Shown piece after piece: positions 22,702 through 36,600 of a stretch of 64,000 bases of DNA. Position numbers and translations under genes: made by a program. The stretch is from Trichosphaerium sp. ATCC 40318 (lineage: Eukaryota > Protista > Tubulinea). The DNA lies in NCBI GenBank assembly GCA_038496445.1, contig JALMLS010000381.1, forward strand, positions 1-64,000, given 5' to 3'. Positions within the stretch are counted from its first letter, which is position 1, and each line of letters starts with the position of its first letter. The notes under the pieces were generated by a model that was not told where the DNA came from, ran no database searches, and saw only the letters and a program-made list of their open reading frames with translations.

Positions 22702-25700
22702 TTACTGATGAGTTGTAATTATAGCACTATGCGATGACAACCCCGGAGAAGTTGCTGTAACAACAATAGTCCCAGAAGTAAAATCGGCTTGAACAATTGC
22801 ACGTGATAAACCATTGAATGAAGATCTCTTTGTCGCTTTATCTGGCTCATGACAACTAGGGTCTCCATTACCAACACCAATTATTGAACCTGGTCCAGTA
22901 ATAGCGAATGAAATCATATTACTGGCAGTTGGTACAACTCTTCCGACGTCATCAACAACAGAAGCCTAAAATTCTCATACGTAAGCCATAAAAAAAAACC
23001 TGTTGTTCGTCTATTCTTACAGATATCATCGCTGAATCCTGTCCATCTGCTTTTATTCCACCGCCTCCGACTTCAACCACCAGTTTTATACTATGTGGCA
23101 CACCGGTCGTCTAGAAAAAATAAAAACAAAAAAAAAACTGCAACATTACGATTTTCTCACCTCTACTGTTTCTGAAGAAACTTGTGTTCCACTCCCATCG
23201 TAGCCTTTTGCTGATACACTACCTTTTTCGTATAAAACACTCCATGATACATGTCCATAAATAGGAACGTCTTTTTTGCCTTGAGAAACACCTACAAAAT
23301 AACAGTTAATAAGCACAACTTTAGTTCTGTTGAGCGGTTACCATTGATGAATAGCTCAACTGACTTGGCATTTGAGTACACCCACACAGGCCTTATAGAA
23401 CCGCTGTTAGTTAGACACCTATCGCCTGCAGCGCCTGAAACGATTGTTTGACCTTTCAAAGTCCATTTTTGATTTGATCCTTCATCGCACGTGTACACAC
23501 CAACCTCAAGTGATTTTAGTTTGTTTCTTATTTGCTTTTTAAACGTACGTTTGGTCCTTCTCCTGAATCCCAAAGATCCATACAACCACCATTAGCAACG
23601 TTTTTAAATGATCCGCCTTTTTCGTGAGTGAAAAGCTGGTTTTTATCGTCTAGTTTACATTCCGCAAGTGTCAATGGTTCACAGCCCTTAGATACGTCAT
23701 TGCATGTAGCATCAACACACATGCCAGAGCTATGCTGGATAGTTCCTAGAAATAGTTAAGAGCATACTAGGCAAGAAAAAGGAAAAACTGTTTTGCATAC
23801 CTGCGGATCCTTCACTTCCTGAGAAAGTAAATGCTTGCTCTTTGGAGAATGATCCACATAAAACAGCGCTTAAATGAAGTGATGATGAAGCTTTCAATTC
23901 ATTCCAATGAGGAAAGATATGTAACACAGGCTCAGAAGTCCACCAAGACTACAAATAATAAAGTCAACTTAATTCTTTAGGTTTCCAAGTCTTTTCTAAT
24001 TTCGTACTTGGTAGTACCAAAAGGCGTCCTTTGGAAATCCAGCTAAATCTATAGCGCCAAAGTTGCTATTAACACAAGGCCAATTGTAAGGCGTTGGTTC
24101 ACCTTGACTTGTTAGAAATGCGGTTTTTTGTAGTTTTGTTTAGTGGTTACCTTTGTAATCGAATCCTGTCCAAGCAAATCCTCCGGCGATAAAATCACGT
24201 GTTGAATCTACGGTCCACCAATTTTGCATGCAACTATCAGCAGAAAATACAGATTTATGTGCCGCAGTATCATTTGTAACATAAATACCTCTTGCACACG
24301 TGCAACTTGCTGTCTCGCTCTAACGAAATGAGAATATTTCTTCTTGTTAATAGGCCAGCTGGACGTACTTGAATCATAGGTTTATCTGGATATGTTTTAT
24401 GATACACATCCAGTTCTTCGTAATTATAGTTGACACCTTGAACATCCATAACCTGAGGAAGAATGATAAGTCTTCTTCGCTCTTTTTTTTTATTAAGTTA
24501 CCTTTGGTCCCCATCCGTAGAGTAAGTCTTGTAACTTTGCATTCCAGGCACCACTTACAGGCCTCGTATCGTCTATTTTATCAATAATAGACTTAAGTTC
24601 CATGGCAATATCTAGAGCTTTGGTATCATTTGCTGCCTCCGAGCAACCTATTTTTTAAATGTCTTTAGTGAGTTCTTAGAAATCAAAGTAGCTCATATAA
24701 CCTACCTCCTTCGTTACACAATGACCAAATTATAATCGAAGGATGATTTCTATCCCTATGAGGTAACACAGCAACATCAGATAAATACTGAGATGTATCA
24801 CCAAAGTTTCTATTCTCATCCCAAACCAGCATACCTTAAAAAAACGTGTTTGTTTCACAAGGTGATGTTTACGAAGTACCATTTTCGTCCGCGAAATCCA
24901 AGAGTTCTGGATTTGGAGGATTATGTGACATTCTCCATGCGTTAGCACCCATTGACATTAATTTTTGAACCCGGAATAAGTTGATACGATCAGGTACAGC
25001 TGTTCCAACACCAGCAAAGTCTTGATGATTGCAAAATCCTAGCAGTTTATTATTAAAAAGGAATGACATGATTCATCGCTACCTTTGACTTTTACAGATT
25101 GATCGTTGAGTATCAGACCTATAAAATAATCAATACTAGTGGCTCTTGTAGGAACGGTTTTTTTACAAGTACTGGTGCAAACCACAGAAGACCTGTTTTA
25201 AATTAAAGTTTGAGATGTACCTTTATCTTTATCAAAAACTACTTTGCGTACACCTACGCGAGTACTGACTTCGTCTATGCTAGAAGCACCATTCATGATA
25301 CTACTTACTAAGGTGTACAGATATCCATCTCTGACATGCCATAGATTCACCTTCAAAGAGATGAGTTAGCAAAACATGTTTCTGTAACAAAAAAACACAT
25401 CCCGCACATCGTTCATACTTATTGTCAATACTGCCGTGGTTGTGCCTTTTGGACCCAATTGAAAGGACTTCGTTGTATTCGATCCAACAATCTTCATTTG
25501 AGCATCTTTAATAGATGTAGAAAGCTATCACCACAGTTAGATTAAGGAATAACACTTTTTTATAAATGTACTGTGAAAGTTTCCGTTGATGAACCGTCGT
25601 TAATAATGTCTATGCTGATATCAAACATCGCACTACTTGAAACAAGTCCATTTGCAGTACTAGCAATAGTACCAGTCACCAGAGATTTAGCATAACTACA

Positions 25701-27092
25701 AAGTGAAACATTAGAACTTCAGTCAGATTCAAAGTGCTTTTGAGGAAAAAACGTACACTCCCCAAGGTACAATATGTAAAGGATTCGCTGTAGTTAGCCA
25801 TACATGCCTGTATACACCACCACCTTCATACCTAATTGGTAGAGTGAGATAATTCATCTACGAAGCTGACTGTTATCAACATTATATACAACGTACCACC
25901 ATCCTTCATTGTGTGTTGAATCTACTTTAATAGCAAGTACATTAGGACCATCATACCGTAAATAATCTTGGATGTAGTATCTGAAACTAGTGTATCCAGA
26001 AGGGTGATTTCCTAGTTCCCAAATAAACACAGTAAGCTTGAAATCTGTGTACAACAAAAAGAAAAAAACAGAAATTGTACCGAGAAGATGTCCGTTCAAA
26101 TAAGCTGTACTATCACGGTATACGCCATCAAAATCCAACCAAATCGTTTGGCCTTCAGAGTCAGAAGGCGCATTAAATGTCTTTCTGTACCAAGCGATAC
26201 CCTACGAGTTGCTGTTAAATCGATAAGTTGCTAGTGCCAATTAAGTCAAACGGAAAAGTTGAAGTAAAAAGTGGAATTGTGCTTTGGCTTGTTTCAATTT
26301 TTCCAGCTTTGTCTCCTGAAGAACTTCGTAGATTGTACCTTTGGTAGGTATCCATGACTCCTGTCACCATTCTCGTTAAATGTTCCCTCTATTACAAAAT
26401 CATGTGGTACGTTCAAAGACCTCCAAGATGAATCATTAAAATCATCCATACAATACGGATCACCACATGTTTGATTATTCAATGGAGGTTTTACAGTTCT
26501 CCCTTTTGAAACCCATCCCTTACCCGGTTTACAATCCGCCGTACTACCTACCCAGCAAGTCCCAGCAGGCGTACATTCAGTAGATCCAGGTGGACACCTA
26601 CGAAACAGTTTAGTACCACGTGACCTAATAACTCACAACAAATATGTACCACTGCCACGTGCCGCATTCTACATCTGCGCAACAGGCGTATCGACACTCA
26701 TCTACATTTTTCGCTGCGTTGTATTGAGAAAGGCCAAAACACTGCGTATCGTTCATGTCGATCGGAAATGTACTCGAAGGGCATACAACAGTCTTTTTCA
26801 ACAGATAAAACTTCCATCTGCGACAAAATAATATTAGCACGTGATTTTAAGCGTTAAAAACGTGTTGGAGTGCGATTAACGAACTGAAAGAATCAGTGAT
26901 AAACCGTTAGAAAAGTTTTGCGTTCACCAAAGATCAACCCAAAGCGAATCCAAATAAATAGACCAACAGTGCTCCAGAGTGGTATTAACATACCCAAAGT
27001 CAAAACTAGATCGCTGGCGACCTGATACAGCTTTTGCTGAGCTTGAAGCTATAATCAACGCTACCAAGCAGCAATACTGTAATGCGTAGCAT
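22702..27092 (-). CDS. Secreted glycoside hydrolase family 2 beta-galactosidase with inserted Cys-rich (PAN-like) and ricin-B modules
   Basis: RSSFDFGWKF, WRSLNVPHDF, FDGVYRDS, SGYTSF, WWYEGGGVYRHVWL, GFCNHQDFAGVG, MGANAWRMSHNPP, DRNHPSII, GFAWTGFDYKGEP, GVGNGDPSCHEPDK. Confidence 0.93.
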
Positions 27093-27320
27093 GTTTATGG
27101 AAAGATCAACACTTAAACTCAATGTACCTTTGACTTAACGGTTACGTTACACATAAAGCAGCCCGTGCTAGATAAATTATGTCTCCAGAGACCTACGTGA
27201 TTGTGCTTGAGTTTCCAAAGTGTGTATTCTTGTGGTTGTCTAAGGTGGTCGAGTCGGTGTGTTGCTTACACCCAAAAACAGTTTTAAAATTATGTTTTAT
27301 TATTACTTATTTCTTTTACA

Positions 27321-30300
27321 CTAAATTGGTGAATGCATACCAAGCCTTGTATCAAAATCAAGCTTAAGTATACGTTGTTTTCTTGTATATAGTGATGCAT
27401 ACATCTTCTTACATATCTGATCAATTATAACAATGATAGGCACCCAAGCGAATATTACTACATACGTATACCATTTGATTTTATCAAATAACTCATTGTT
27501 CTGTGTTGTAGATACAGCAAAGAAACCGACTTGCAATACCACACTAAAAATAGAATATGAGCAAAATATTCACGTGTTGATGATTTATAAAAATGAGTTT
27601 GAACGCAGGAAGATCAAGACGAATACTAACGTTTTTTTGTTTCTTCGCGTTTTAAAGCTGGCTGGTTTCTGATTCTTGATCACGTGCCTGATTGATACAC
27701 ATGCCACCCATGGTAAGTTAAGAAGCGGATTGTACTGAAAAATTGTTCTTGATGGGTGTTGGAAACTCAAGGAGCTCACCGCTACAAGCTTGTTAAATAT
27801 ACACCAAAATTGAAACAACAAGGTTGTTATGCATACCAGTGAACAAAACAAAGCTAAAAAGCGCAATGTTTTGTGAAAAATCTTGAGCAGAGTAAAATAA
27901 TGCATCAGGGAAAGTGTTTGGTAGTTTGGCACCAAATATAGCCTCAACTGGACCTCCCCAAGTTTGTGAAATTGACCTGTACAAAAAGTTAATTACTTCA
28001 AATCAACAACACTCCACAGAAAAACATCTCGTACAATGCGAATATAAGGACTAGCACTGATATAGTTGGTATAACGCGTATTGAAAACCACTTAAGGTAC
28101 GTCTTGAAATCATTCTTAAACCGCGTGTTATTCTTCGCTGTATAACAGACATTAACAAAGAAAAGGAAGAAAGAATGATGTACCCGAAATAAGCTCGATA
28201 ATCTTGGATTCTGCACGTGACGATAGTAGTGGAATTGTTATCAAAGGTATTATTACAAAAATTAACCATAATATCTGTAGTCCAGATAGCGGTTGTGGTA
28301 ATAGAATAACGTTGCTTACAAGCAAGAAAAAATGGAGTGATAACAAAACTGATAAGAAAAAAAGCACAGCCTATAATTTACAGCGGTAAGTGACTTATCA
28401 ACTTATTAACAAGAATTGACGTACCTGTTTAGTATTGCGTGATACACGTCTACCTTCCCATAACAGATTCAATAACCGTTCGAACTTTGGCTGTCCGAAA
28501 ACAAGATCACAAGCAAGGCAATTCAAGTCAACACCAAAATTGGATGTTGTACCTTGTGCTTTAAAATGCCTTGAAGAAATCTCGCCAGTCTTATAAAACA
28601 AAAAAGTTAGTAAATGGTTGGCACGTTTCTTTTTCGTTCTTTGACGTACAAAATATTGTGTTCTTGGTGTCATTCCAATAGCTAGATGCGCTTGACTGAA
28701 AGATGGTACATTTTTGTGCGTAAGGGAGCTTCCAGCAACCATTACAACCTCTCCATTTTCACGCAAGATTTTTATCTACAACGTTTGAGTTTAGGATACT
28801 AATTTGGTACAATACGTACCATCTCCGAAGCCGATGATGCATCTACGTCACAAAATAACTTTACCAAGAGCGGTACATTATCAACATTTTTAATGTGATC
28901 ACGAATAGACGAGATACCAACTGGTAATTTTTCTGCAAACAAAATGGTCAGGGTCAGAGCCAACTACAATCCTTCATGTGGACGTACGTATTTCTGATTC
29001 TGTTTCTGGTTTCTTAGACTTTGGTGGATCTCTCAAAGTTACACAACAATTCCAGTCCTATTAAAACGAAGTTTAAAAAAAAAGGCAAAAAATTAAAGTT
29101 GATTCGTACTGTTTCTATTCCAAGTTTTTCACCAAAACTCTTGATAACGGATTCTGAGTTTGGAGAGAAATACATGAATCGTATACTTGCTGAATTTAGA
29201 GCGTGCTAGATGGTGTTAAAAGGTGAACAAAAAACTTAATTTTATTTACCAAGGCAGCTACAGCTGTTGCTTTTGGAAGTAACCGTAGGGCTGCCATACC
29301 TAAAATAATATTAAAAATAGCTCAGTATTAGATATAAGTACCAATGAAAATTTGTTTGTGTGTCAAGGACTCGAATTCTTCAGCAACAGAACCATCTAAA
29401 TGAAGATTAGTATTTTAAAATGCAGTACAACTAAATACCTTGTTCTACTTCACTTTCATCCAAATCCTCTGTATCACTATCTTCTGTAGTCCCTTGATGA
29501 ACTACTTTGGAATATTTCTTATCTATAGATTTAAAGCTTTGAATGAGTTAAAGAAAGGTCGTTTTGTAATCCAATGAAAAAAACAAAAGACGTGGATACG
29601 AGAATCCCAACAACTTGTAATCAGTAAGGTTCCAGTCGCTCACTACCTTTTTTAGAGTTTTCCTATCTGATTTACGAAGCTTTTTAATACTCTTGCCATC
29701 CCAAAACTCTAATCAAGTTATGACTAAGTGTGCTTGAATGTACTTACCAGAGCAAGACTTTAGAATATCAAGCGGAGGACCAACAGCCAACAATTGCATG
29801 TTGCCACTGTTTTTATCTTTAACAACTAAGCTTACACCATCATTGTGAGGTATCCATCTCGGTTAAACTGTAAGTAATTGACCATAGCAAGAGAATAGCA
29901 ATACCGTATTGGTACAAAGTTATATTTTATATCTGATTTAAATCCAATTACTGTTGCTAGATCATCTAAAGCTCCATGGTAATGCTTGACACCAAGAAGC
30001 GTTGTAAGCTCGCCATAATACCCTGTTAGAATGCAATTCAAGCCAAGAGGCTTAAGTGCTCTTAAGGTCGTTAGTCGAACAGAAAACGATTTTATCAGTC
30101 GGCATACGGAATAAGAGCTTGCCATTCTTGCATTTTAAACGACAGAACGCCATCATCAGCCTCTAAACTGAGTAGCTTCGGTGTTCGTTTTTCATCCATA
30201 ACACAAATAGACTCAACAAAAGGTCTTGCCTAAAACTATCTTAGAAAAAAAATTGGACCAGTGTATCACGTGCCTTAGTGAGTATACCCTTCTTATCAAT

Positions 30301-31968
30301 GAACACAATAGTTGTTACATTACCTTTGTACACGTAAGTATCTAAGAGAACATGACAAAGCTGTACCGAGTATATCAGCGATATATTGGGAGCATTGAAG
30401 TGAAGTCCCCGTTGCTACTGAAAGGAAATAATACCAAATGCTAACTAGTTTAACATTAATTTTTCTCAAGATTTGTGCAACCGTTTATCTAAACGTACAG
30501 AATTTACCACCAAGATCACCGGTTTGCATCTCTACAATATTACCAATGTCAGTAGATTCCATATTACTTGGTTTGAACTTCTTCAATTCCTAAACAATAG
30601 TTGAGAGTCAAGGTGCACAAAGACGTTTTTACCTGCATATGGAAGAAAGATAGCAGTTTTGCTGTTTGTAAAGTACGAAGCATGAACAGAACAAATGGGA
30701 AAGAGAATGGTACTATGACAGGAAGTATAAGGTATGCTTGGCGAAGTAACAACAAGTCTGGCCAAATTTCTCTCATTTTGGAGTCTGTAGCAACTCTACT
30801 CATTAATTTAGACAAATAATTGACGTCCATGCATACCTTATAATCGAAGCAATAACTGCTATAACTGCTGAAACAATTGGTACCCAGAATAAAGACTTTT
30901 TTAAGAACGCAATGAGCCTTTGTATAGGTGTGACAACGTATCTTCCTCCGCCTATAAACTTCAGTTAAGAAAATGCTCAACAACTTATAACATTCTTTGT
31001 ACTCACTTCTCAAAGCCTCTTTAACAATGGAGATAGCTATAGTTTCCCTACAGCGAAAAAGGAGACCACTATTAAGGTTTTTAACATTAGTTGAATCCAC
31101 ACCAAGCTTCTTAAGAGTTATTTTATCATTTGTATTATACTCCTTCCCTAAAACAAACATTAACCTTTTGACCTACGTTGTCCTACTCTTCCAACGTACC
31201 ATTGTGAAGTGACTGCATTCGACCCGGAGATTTACATCCTTAACTACGTTGAGCAATATAGTAAGTCAATGTTCAAGGTACCTGGAGCAATAGCTACAAT
31301 ATCACCTTCAACAATTTTTGATGCAAATTCAGGCTTCCATTGTCCACTTCTGAATACGTAATAATTACTGAGATAAGCAGTATCATCGTCTTTATCTTTT
31401 ATACCACGTGTATTAACAAAATTAACCACGTGAGCAAGGATCCTATCCCGTGTACAAAAAATCTAGGGCAAGATTGTAAAAAACAAAGATTTTCCTATTT
31501 TGCGTTTTATTGCCACACTATGGGCTGCCTAAAATCTAAGTAGAATTCTATACGCGTACGTCTGTGCGTTTTTGGTGCAAATAGAGCAATAATAGTAATA
31601 CACCAGCAATTGTAAGCAAAACTGCTTCTGAGATAACGTGCGCTTTGGCTAGTGTTAGGTTTACGTGCGTTAAAAGCACTGAGCGTGCCTTGATGGAAAT
31701 CTACAAATCCTGCTGCCAATATAACAAGTAATAACGCTGCAAAGTACCCTAACGCGTTGACAACCCATCTCAGTATTAACAAAAAGTAATAAATCTTTGG
31801 CCCACATATTTGTAATGTAGCGCGTATATCACGGACCAGAGACCTACAGTACCACTAAGAGAGTAATCATAAAGAAAATAATCACTTTTTGGCTTTTTTA
31901 TCCGATAATCCTTTTTCTGGTGGCTGTGCCAGTGGGATGGGAAATTCTCCACCTGTTTCACTCTCCAT
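27321..31968 (-). CDS. TMEM94: TMEM94 / ERMA homolog (atypical P-type-ATPase-like ER Mg2+ transporter), many exons
   Basis: N-terminal KGLSDKKA, IVEGDIVAIAPG, LGNVTTIVFIDKKGILT, IRFMYFSP, GIETDWNCCVTL, KLPVGISSIRDHIKNVDNVPLLVKLF, ENGEVVMVAGSS and C-terminal LKLDFDTRLGMHSPI all recall human TMEM94. Confidence 0.9.
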
Positions 31969-32052
31969 ACGGCCAAAAAACGGTGAATGGCGATTTTGAC
32001 ACTCAAATATTGAGTTTTTACAAAATAGTTTTAAACATTTCACTAATCGAGA
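31969..32052. promoter_or_regulatory. Minimal bidirectional promoter between TMEM94 and cobT
   Basis: Divergent ATGs at 31968 (-) and 32053 (+), 84 bp apart. Confidence 0.7.
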
Positions 32053-33348
32053 ATGGCCGCCACAAATCAAACTTGGGAAGAGAAAGCACAAAACGAGCTA
32101 AATATCAAAACAAAGCCAGTAGGTTCTTTAGGACAACTAGAAACATGGAGCAAGCAGTTATGCGCACTACAGCGTACGCTGAAGCCTTCGTACGTGTCGT
32201 ACTGTAACATTTGACACTAAGTCATGTAAGCGTGCAAGGCACTATGCTACTGTTTTGTGGGGACCACGGTGTTGCTGAAGAGAACGTAAGCAAGTTTCCA
32301 AAAGCTGTCACAAGAGAAATGATAAAGAACATCTCTAAAGAAGGCGCTGCAGTAAAGTACGCTATCACTAAACGCATAATCTTCACTTCATACAGCGATT
32401 CTCGACCGTTGCCACGGAAAAACTAACTTCCATCATGTGCTTATGGTTTGTAGCGTACTGTGCAAAGCAGCTGGTATCACATTGAAGACAATAGACGTTG
32501 GTGTTGATGCAGGAGACCTCCCAACGCTCCCTAGTATTGAAACTAAAAAGATAATGAACACAGGGACAAACAACTTTGTAAAAGAACCTGCCATGAACAC
32601 TGAACAGTTCGACTACGCCTTGAATGTTGGAAAAGAAGCTGTTGAAGCAGCAATCAAAAGCGGATCTAATGTGATCTGCCTTGGAGAACTAGGCATTGCT
32701 AACACCACAAGTGCCTCAGCCCTCGTCCGTTTAATGTGTCCTGATGATATATCAAGCAAAGACATCGTAGGACGAGGTACTGGAGTTGATGATGCTGGTG
32801 TAGCTAGAAAAGCTGCCGTAGTTGAGAAAGCCTTCCAAAAATATAAAGACTTGCCTAAAGTCCAAGAAAAAATCGCAGCTGTAGCTGGTGTACGTCATTG
32901 ACTTTACGGCACGTGATAGTCACTTTTTTTTTACTAGTGCGAGATGGTTGCTATGATAGGTGCTTCGTTAGCTTGTATGGAGAAATCCATTGCCATCCTT
33001 GTTGATGGTTTTATTACAATGTCATCAGTTTACGCTGCCTTGTCTATTGCCAAGGAGAGGAAAGATGATTTGAATTCGAATTGCTTCTTTTTCTCACATC
33101 AATCCGCTGAACAGGGTACAGTGCTTCTTGTGTCAAAGATAAAGGCACTTTTAGGCCACTGTAAGCCAGCTTTGTCGCTTGGATTCCGTCTAGGTAAAAC
33201 GATGTTTTTTGTTCACATTTTTGACTCATAACTTCTTGCAGGTGAAGGTTCTGGTGCTGCTACATGCTTTCCTTTATTGAGAGCTGCTGCTGCTATTATG
33301 GAAATGGCAACGTTTGGTCAAGCAAATGTGTCTGGTCCAAATGAATAG
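32053..33348 (+). CDS. cobT: Nicotinate-nucleotide-dimethylbenzimidazole phosphoribosyltransferase (5 exons)
   Basis: KTKPVGSLGQLE, FCGDHGV, VSKFPKAVT, GELGIANTTSAS, VGRGTG, ILVDGFI, SHQSAEQG, LGFRLGEGSGA (catalytic Glu) and MATFGQANVS. Four GT-AG introns. Confidence 0.95.
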
Positions 33349-33641
33349 ATTTTAATAATAAATTCTTCATTTACGCTGCCGGGCTAGGCTGCGCTTTTTA
33401 AACTAACCTGACTCGTTTTCTACCTTTTGAAAACAAAAATACCGTTGCCGGAACATTTTGTACAAGTTTGTTGTTTTTGATACTCAAATCTGTTCGCTTT
33501 TATGGGCAAGTGCAGTGTCAAGTTGAAACCATGTCATCTATACCTTGGTAGCTTTTATTCGTATTTTCTTCAATCATGAGTTATTTGAGCGACTCGCAGG
33601 TACATTCTAATAAAAAAACTGGCGTTTGGTAAAACTAAACA

Positions 33642-36600
33642 ATGGAAAGGGTAGTTTGACCGATCTCCTAACTCTTTCTGGCCAATGTACGTTATGATAC
33701 GATTATTTTTATAATTTGTTCAAACCCACAAAATCTGAAATTGAACGCAGCGAGCGACAGCGATGTGATGTCTCCAAGCAGGAGAACTCATAAAAAGCGA
33801 TCTTGGTCAGCTAGCAGAAAGGATAGTGTAGGAGGTACGACCCTTTAACGTGTAGCATGATACAACCTGTATCTGCGTAGTGTACCGCACCAAAAAAGTC
33901 TATCGCCTTTTTATGACTACAACGTTCAAAACGTATCGCGCCTGCGCTATTTTCATAAAAATCTTGTTCAGTACACCATACATAGTGTTAATAAATTTTA
34001 AGGTGTACCTCTTTCATACAGCTCAATATCTCCTGGATCGTCACCACTAGCATCACCAACGTACGTACACAGCGTTTGAATTTAGCTCGCTGTAAAACCG
34101 CTCCGCATAGCGTCAACAGATAATCTCCGTTTTACCAGCGTGAAAAACAGCGAAACAATCTCACAACGCTTAAAAAGAGCAAAAAAAAATACTGCACGAG
34201 TTTATGAAAATCAAAAAGCCTAATTCCCTTGTCTGACAGTGTTTTAATTACATTTTTAGACTATATGGTCCTCGTCTAGGAGATCCAGTACGAGGTGGCC
34301 ATGTCACAGCTACAGCTGACATGATCAGCGATGAAATAAAAAAGATTGTCCATAGAGGCCGTACAAAGTCTTTAGGAAGGCGTAGACGAAATTCTGAGCG
34401 AGATGGCACACGTATGCAGCAAAGAAGTTGCTTTTTTTATGATTTTTTTATGAATAATTCGTTTTGCACTGTACTCACGTCACATGTAGTGAATATGCTT
34501 GAGTTTAGCGCAAATAGCCAAAGAGGTTATAATAGAGTACATTCTAAGCAGCGATCATATAGTTTATTCGCTCTGACGTCTGTAAACCTTGTAATGTCTT
34601 CTGAAGGTGATTGGTTGGGTACGTTTTATCTTTGTGAATTTATACTAATTTACTACAGCTCCTGAGGCTGTAAAACAGCTCGCTACAGATAATCTAGATG
34701 ATTTACACACCATGGCGTGTAATTTAATCAAGCGATTTAGTGATGGCATGTGTCATGCGCTTGAAGCTTCTAGAGGCCTTACAATGGTATATGTAAGGCA
34801 AATCCGCCTTATACTCACCACTGTAATTGCTGAACTACCACCAGCACCTTGTAAATACTGCTTCTTGCTCGCTGGTGATATTAGGTATGAGATTCTTTTT
34901 TAATCATGATTTATTTTCCTATTTATGGATTTCTCTTGTTTTAGCTTGTTTGTTTGGTATTTATTAATTCTATTTCTAGTTACGGTCATACAGGACCATA
35001 TTCAAAAGCTTTATTAATCATATTGATTGAAAATGATACCCCAGCGATAAGAAAGTATTTTCAAAAATTAATGAAGAATATCAAGTCTTTCAATGTTGAT
35101 CGATTTGTATATTGTTGTCTTGATAGTAAACAAGTAAGAAAAAGACATATTAAAACTGCAGCACAAATGGCAGAGTACTTGGATGAGTTAGCAAGCGAAA
35201 CAGATAAAGGTACAAACTTTTATTTCACTATTTCTTCGTTTCTTCATTTTCACAAAGACAGACTTCCTTTGCGGTTACTTAGTTTCTCAACAACTTTTAC
35301 TTACTTTTTTATCTGTAGGAGATATCCAACTATATATACGATGCAGAGATGCCGTGTTTCTTATGGGTCATCGGCCTATTTTCATCGATTTTCAAGCTTA
35401 CTTTTATGATCGTCTTAATCAACGTGATCCAATATCTAATTTTACACAACGAGAAGAAAGAAGTAGACGTCTTATGACAAAGAGATTTGGTTTGCCTTTA
35501 GCAAACTTAAAGTCAAGTAATGCAATACATGTATTCGGTCATTTACAACTACCTTTGGCGTTAATGTTAAGACAACTTGGAATCTTTCATGAATTTCCAG
35601 AACGTGATATTCTTGAACTCTGTTCTATCCTTTTTGATGGTGTTCAAAAGATTGAAGAGAGCGTCAGAGTTGCTATGGTACGTAATAAAATACCACCATG
35701 ATAGATTTATTTCTTGATTTTATGTTGATATCAAAAACTCTAAAACTTCTTCTAGGACAAAGCTATGGAGCTCCGATTTAGGTCTCACTTGTATTATAAG
35801 ACAAATAATAATATTGTCAGATTAAAACGTGATGATGTCAAAGATGTAGCAGGACAAGAGAATTACATGCAACTAAGCACAAATGACTCTAAAGAAGTAA
35901 TTAATATTATTGTAAATGTGCTTCAACCATTTTATGATGCAACACCAAAGTTCTGTGCATTACCACTTTATGATGCTGCATTGGAGTATACAATGTTAGT
36001 AGTCAAACGATCAGCTGATAAGACTCTACGAGAGTTAAAGAGAGACTTTAGACGAACTGTAAAGAGGTACGCACTAACTTCTAAGTTTTTCAAAATTTTG
36101 TGAAACATGATATTAACAAAACAACCTTTAGGCTTATTGGTACTGATGGAAGCCAACCTAAGTTAACAGGTGGTGAAGCTGGACAATTTTCAATTACTAA
36201 AGATCTTGCTGAAAAGTGGAAAGATCCATCTAACCTTACTATTGATGGTAATGGTATTATAATAAAACGGCAACCACATCTTGCAGGTACGTTCTTATTT
36301 TATTTTATCCAAGTTCGTCATTGTTTGCTACGAACTTTTCGTACAGTTTTATCAATAGTGGCATAGCCTCATTTGTTTCTAGGCTACCAGCATGCTGCTT
36401 CTCTTCTCTACTGGCTCATCTTGGGCTATGGAGCACCTTACAATGAACTATGTAAACTTGAAGGCAAAGGAGGTCAACATGTGCCTGTATTGCTTACTAG
36501 GAGGATTCTTGGTATACCAGTACCTTATGCTGATACTAGAAATCGTAAGCTCGATCATGCTGATCTCACAAACTTTATGATAATGAGTATGCTTCTTAAT

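Noticed and set aside
27020-27092. Apparent frameshift in the GH2 signal peptide
   Set aside because: A short GT-AG intron (gtagcg...ag, 28-43 nt options) restores the frame.
32053-33348. Bacterial contamination as the source of cobT and the RTX-like gene
   Set aside because: Both contain several host-type spliceosomal introns and are embedded among eukaryotic genes.
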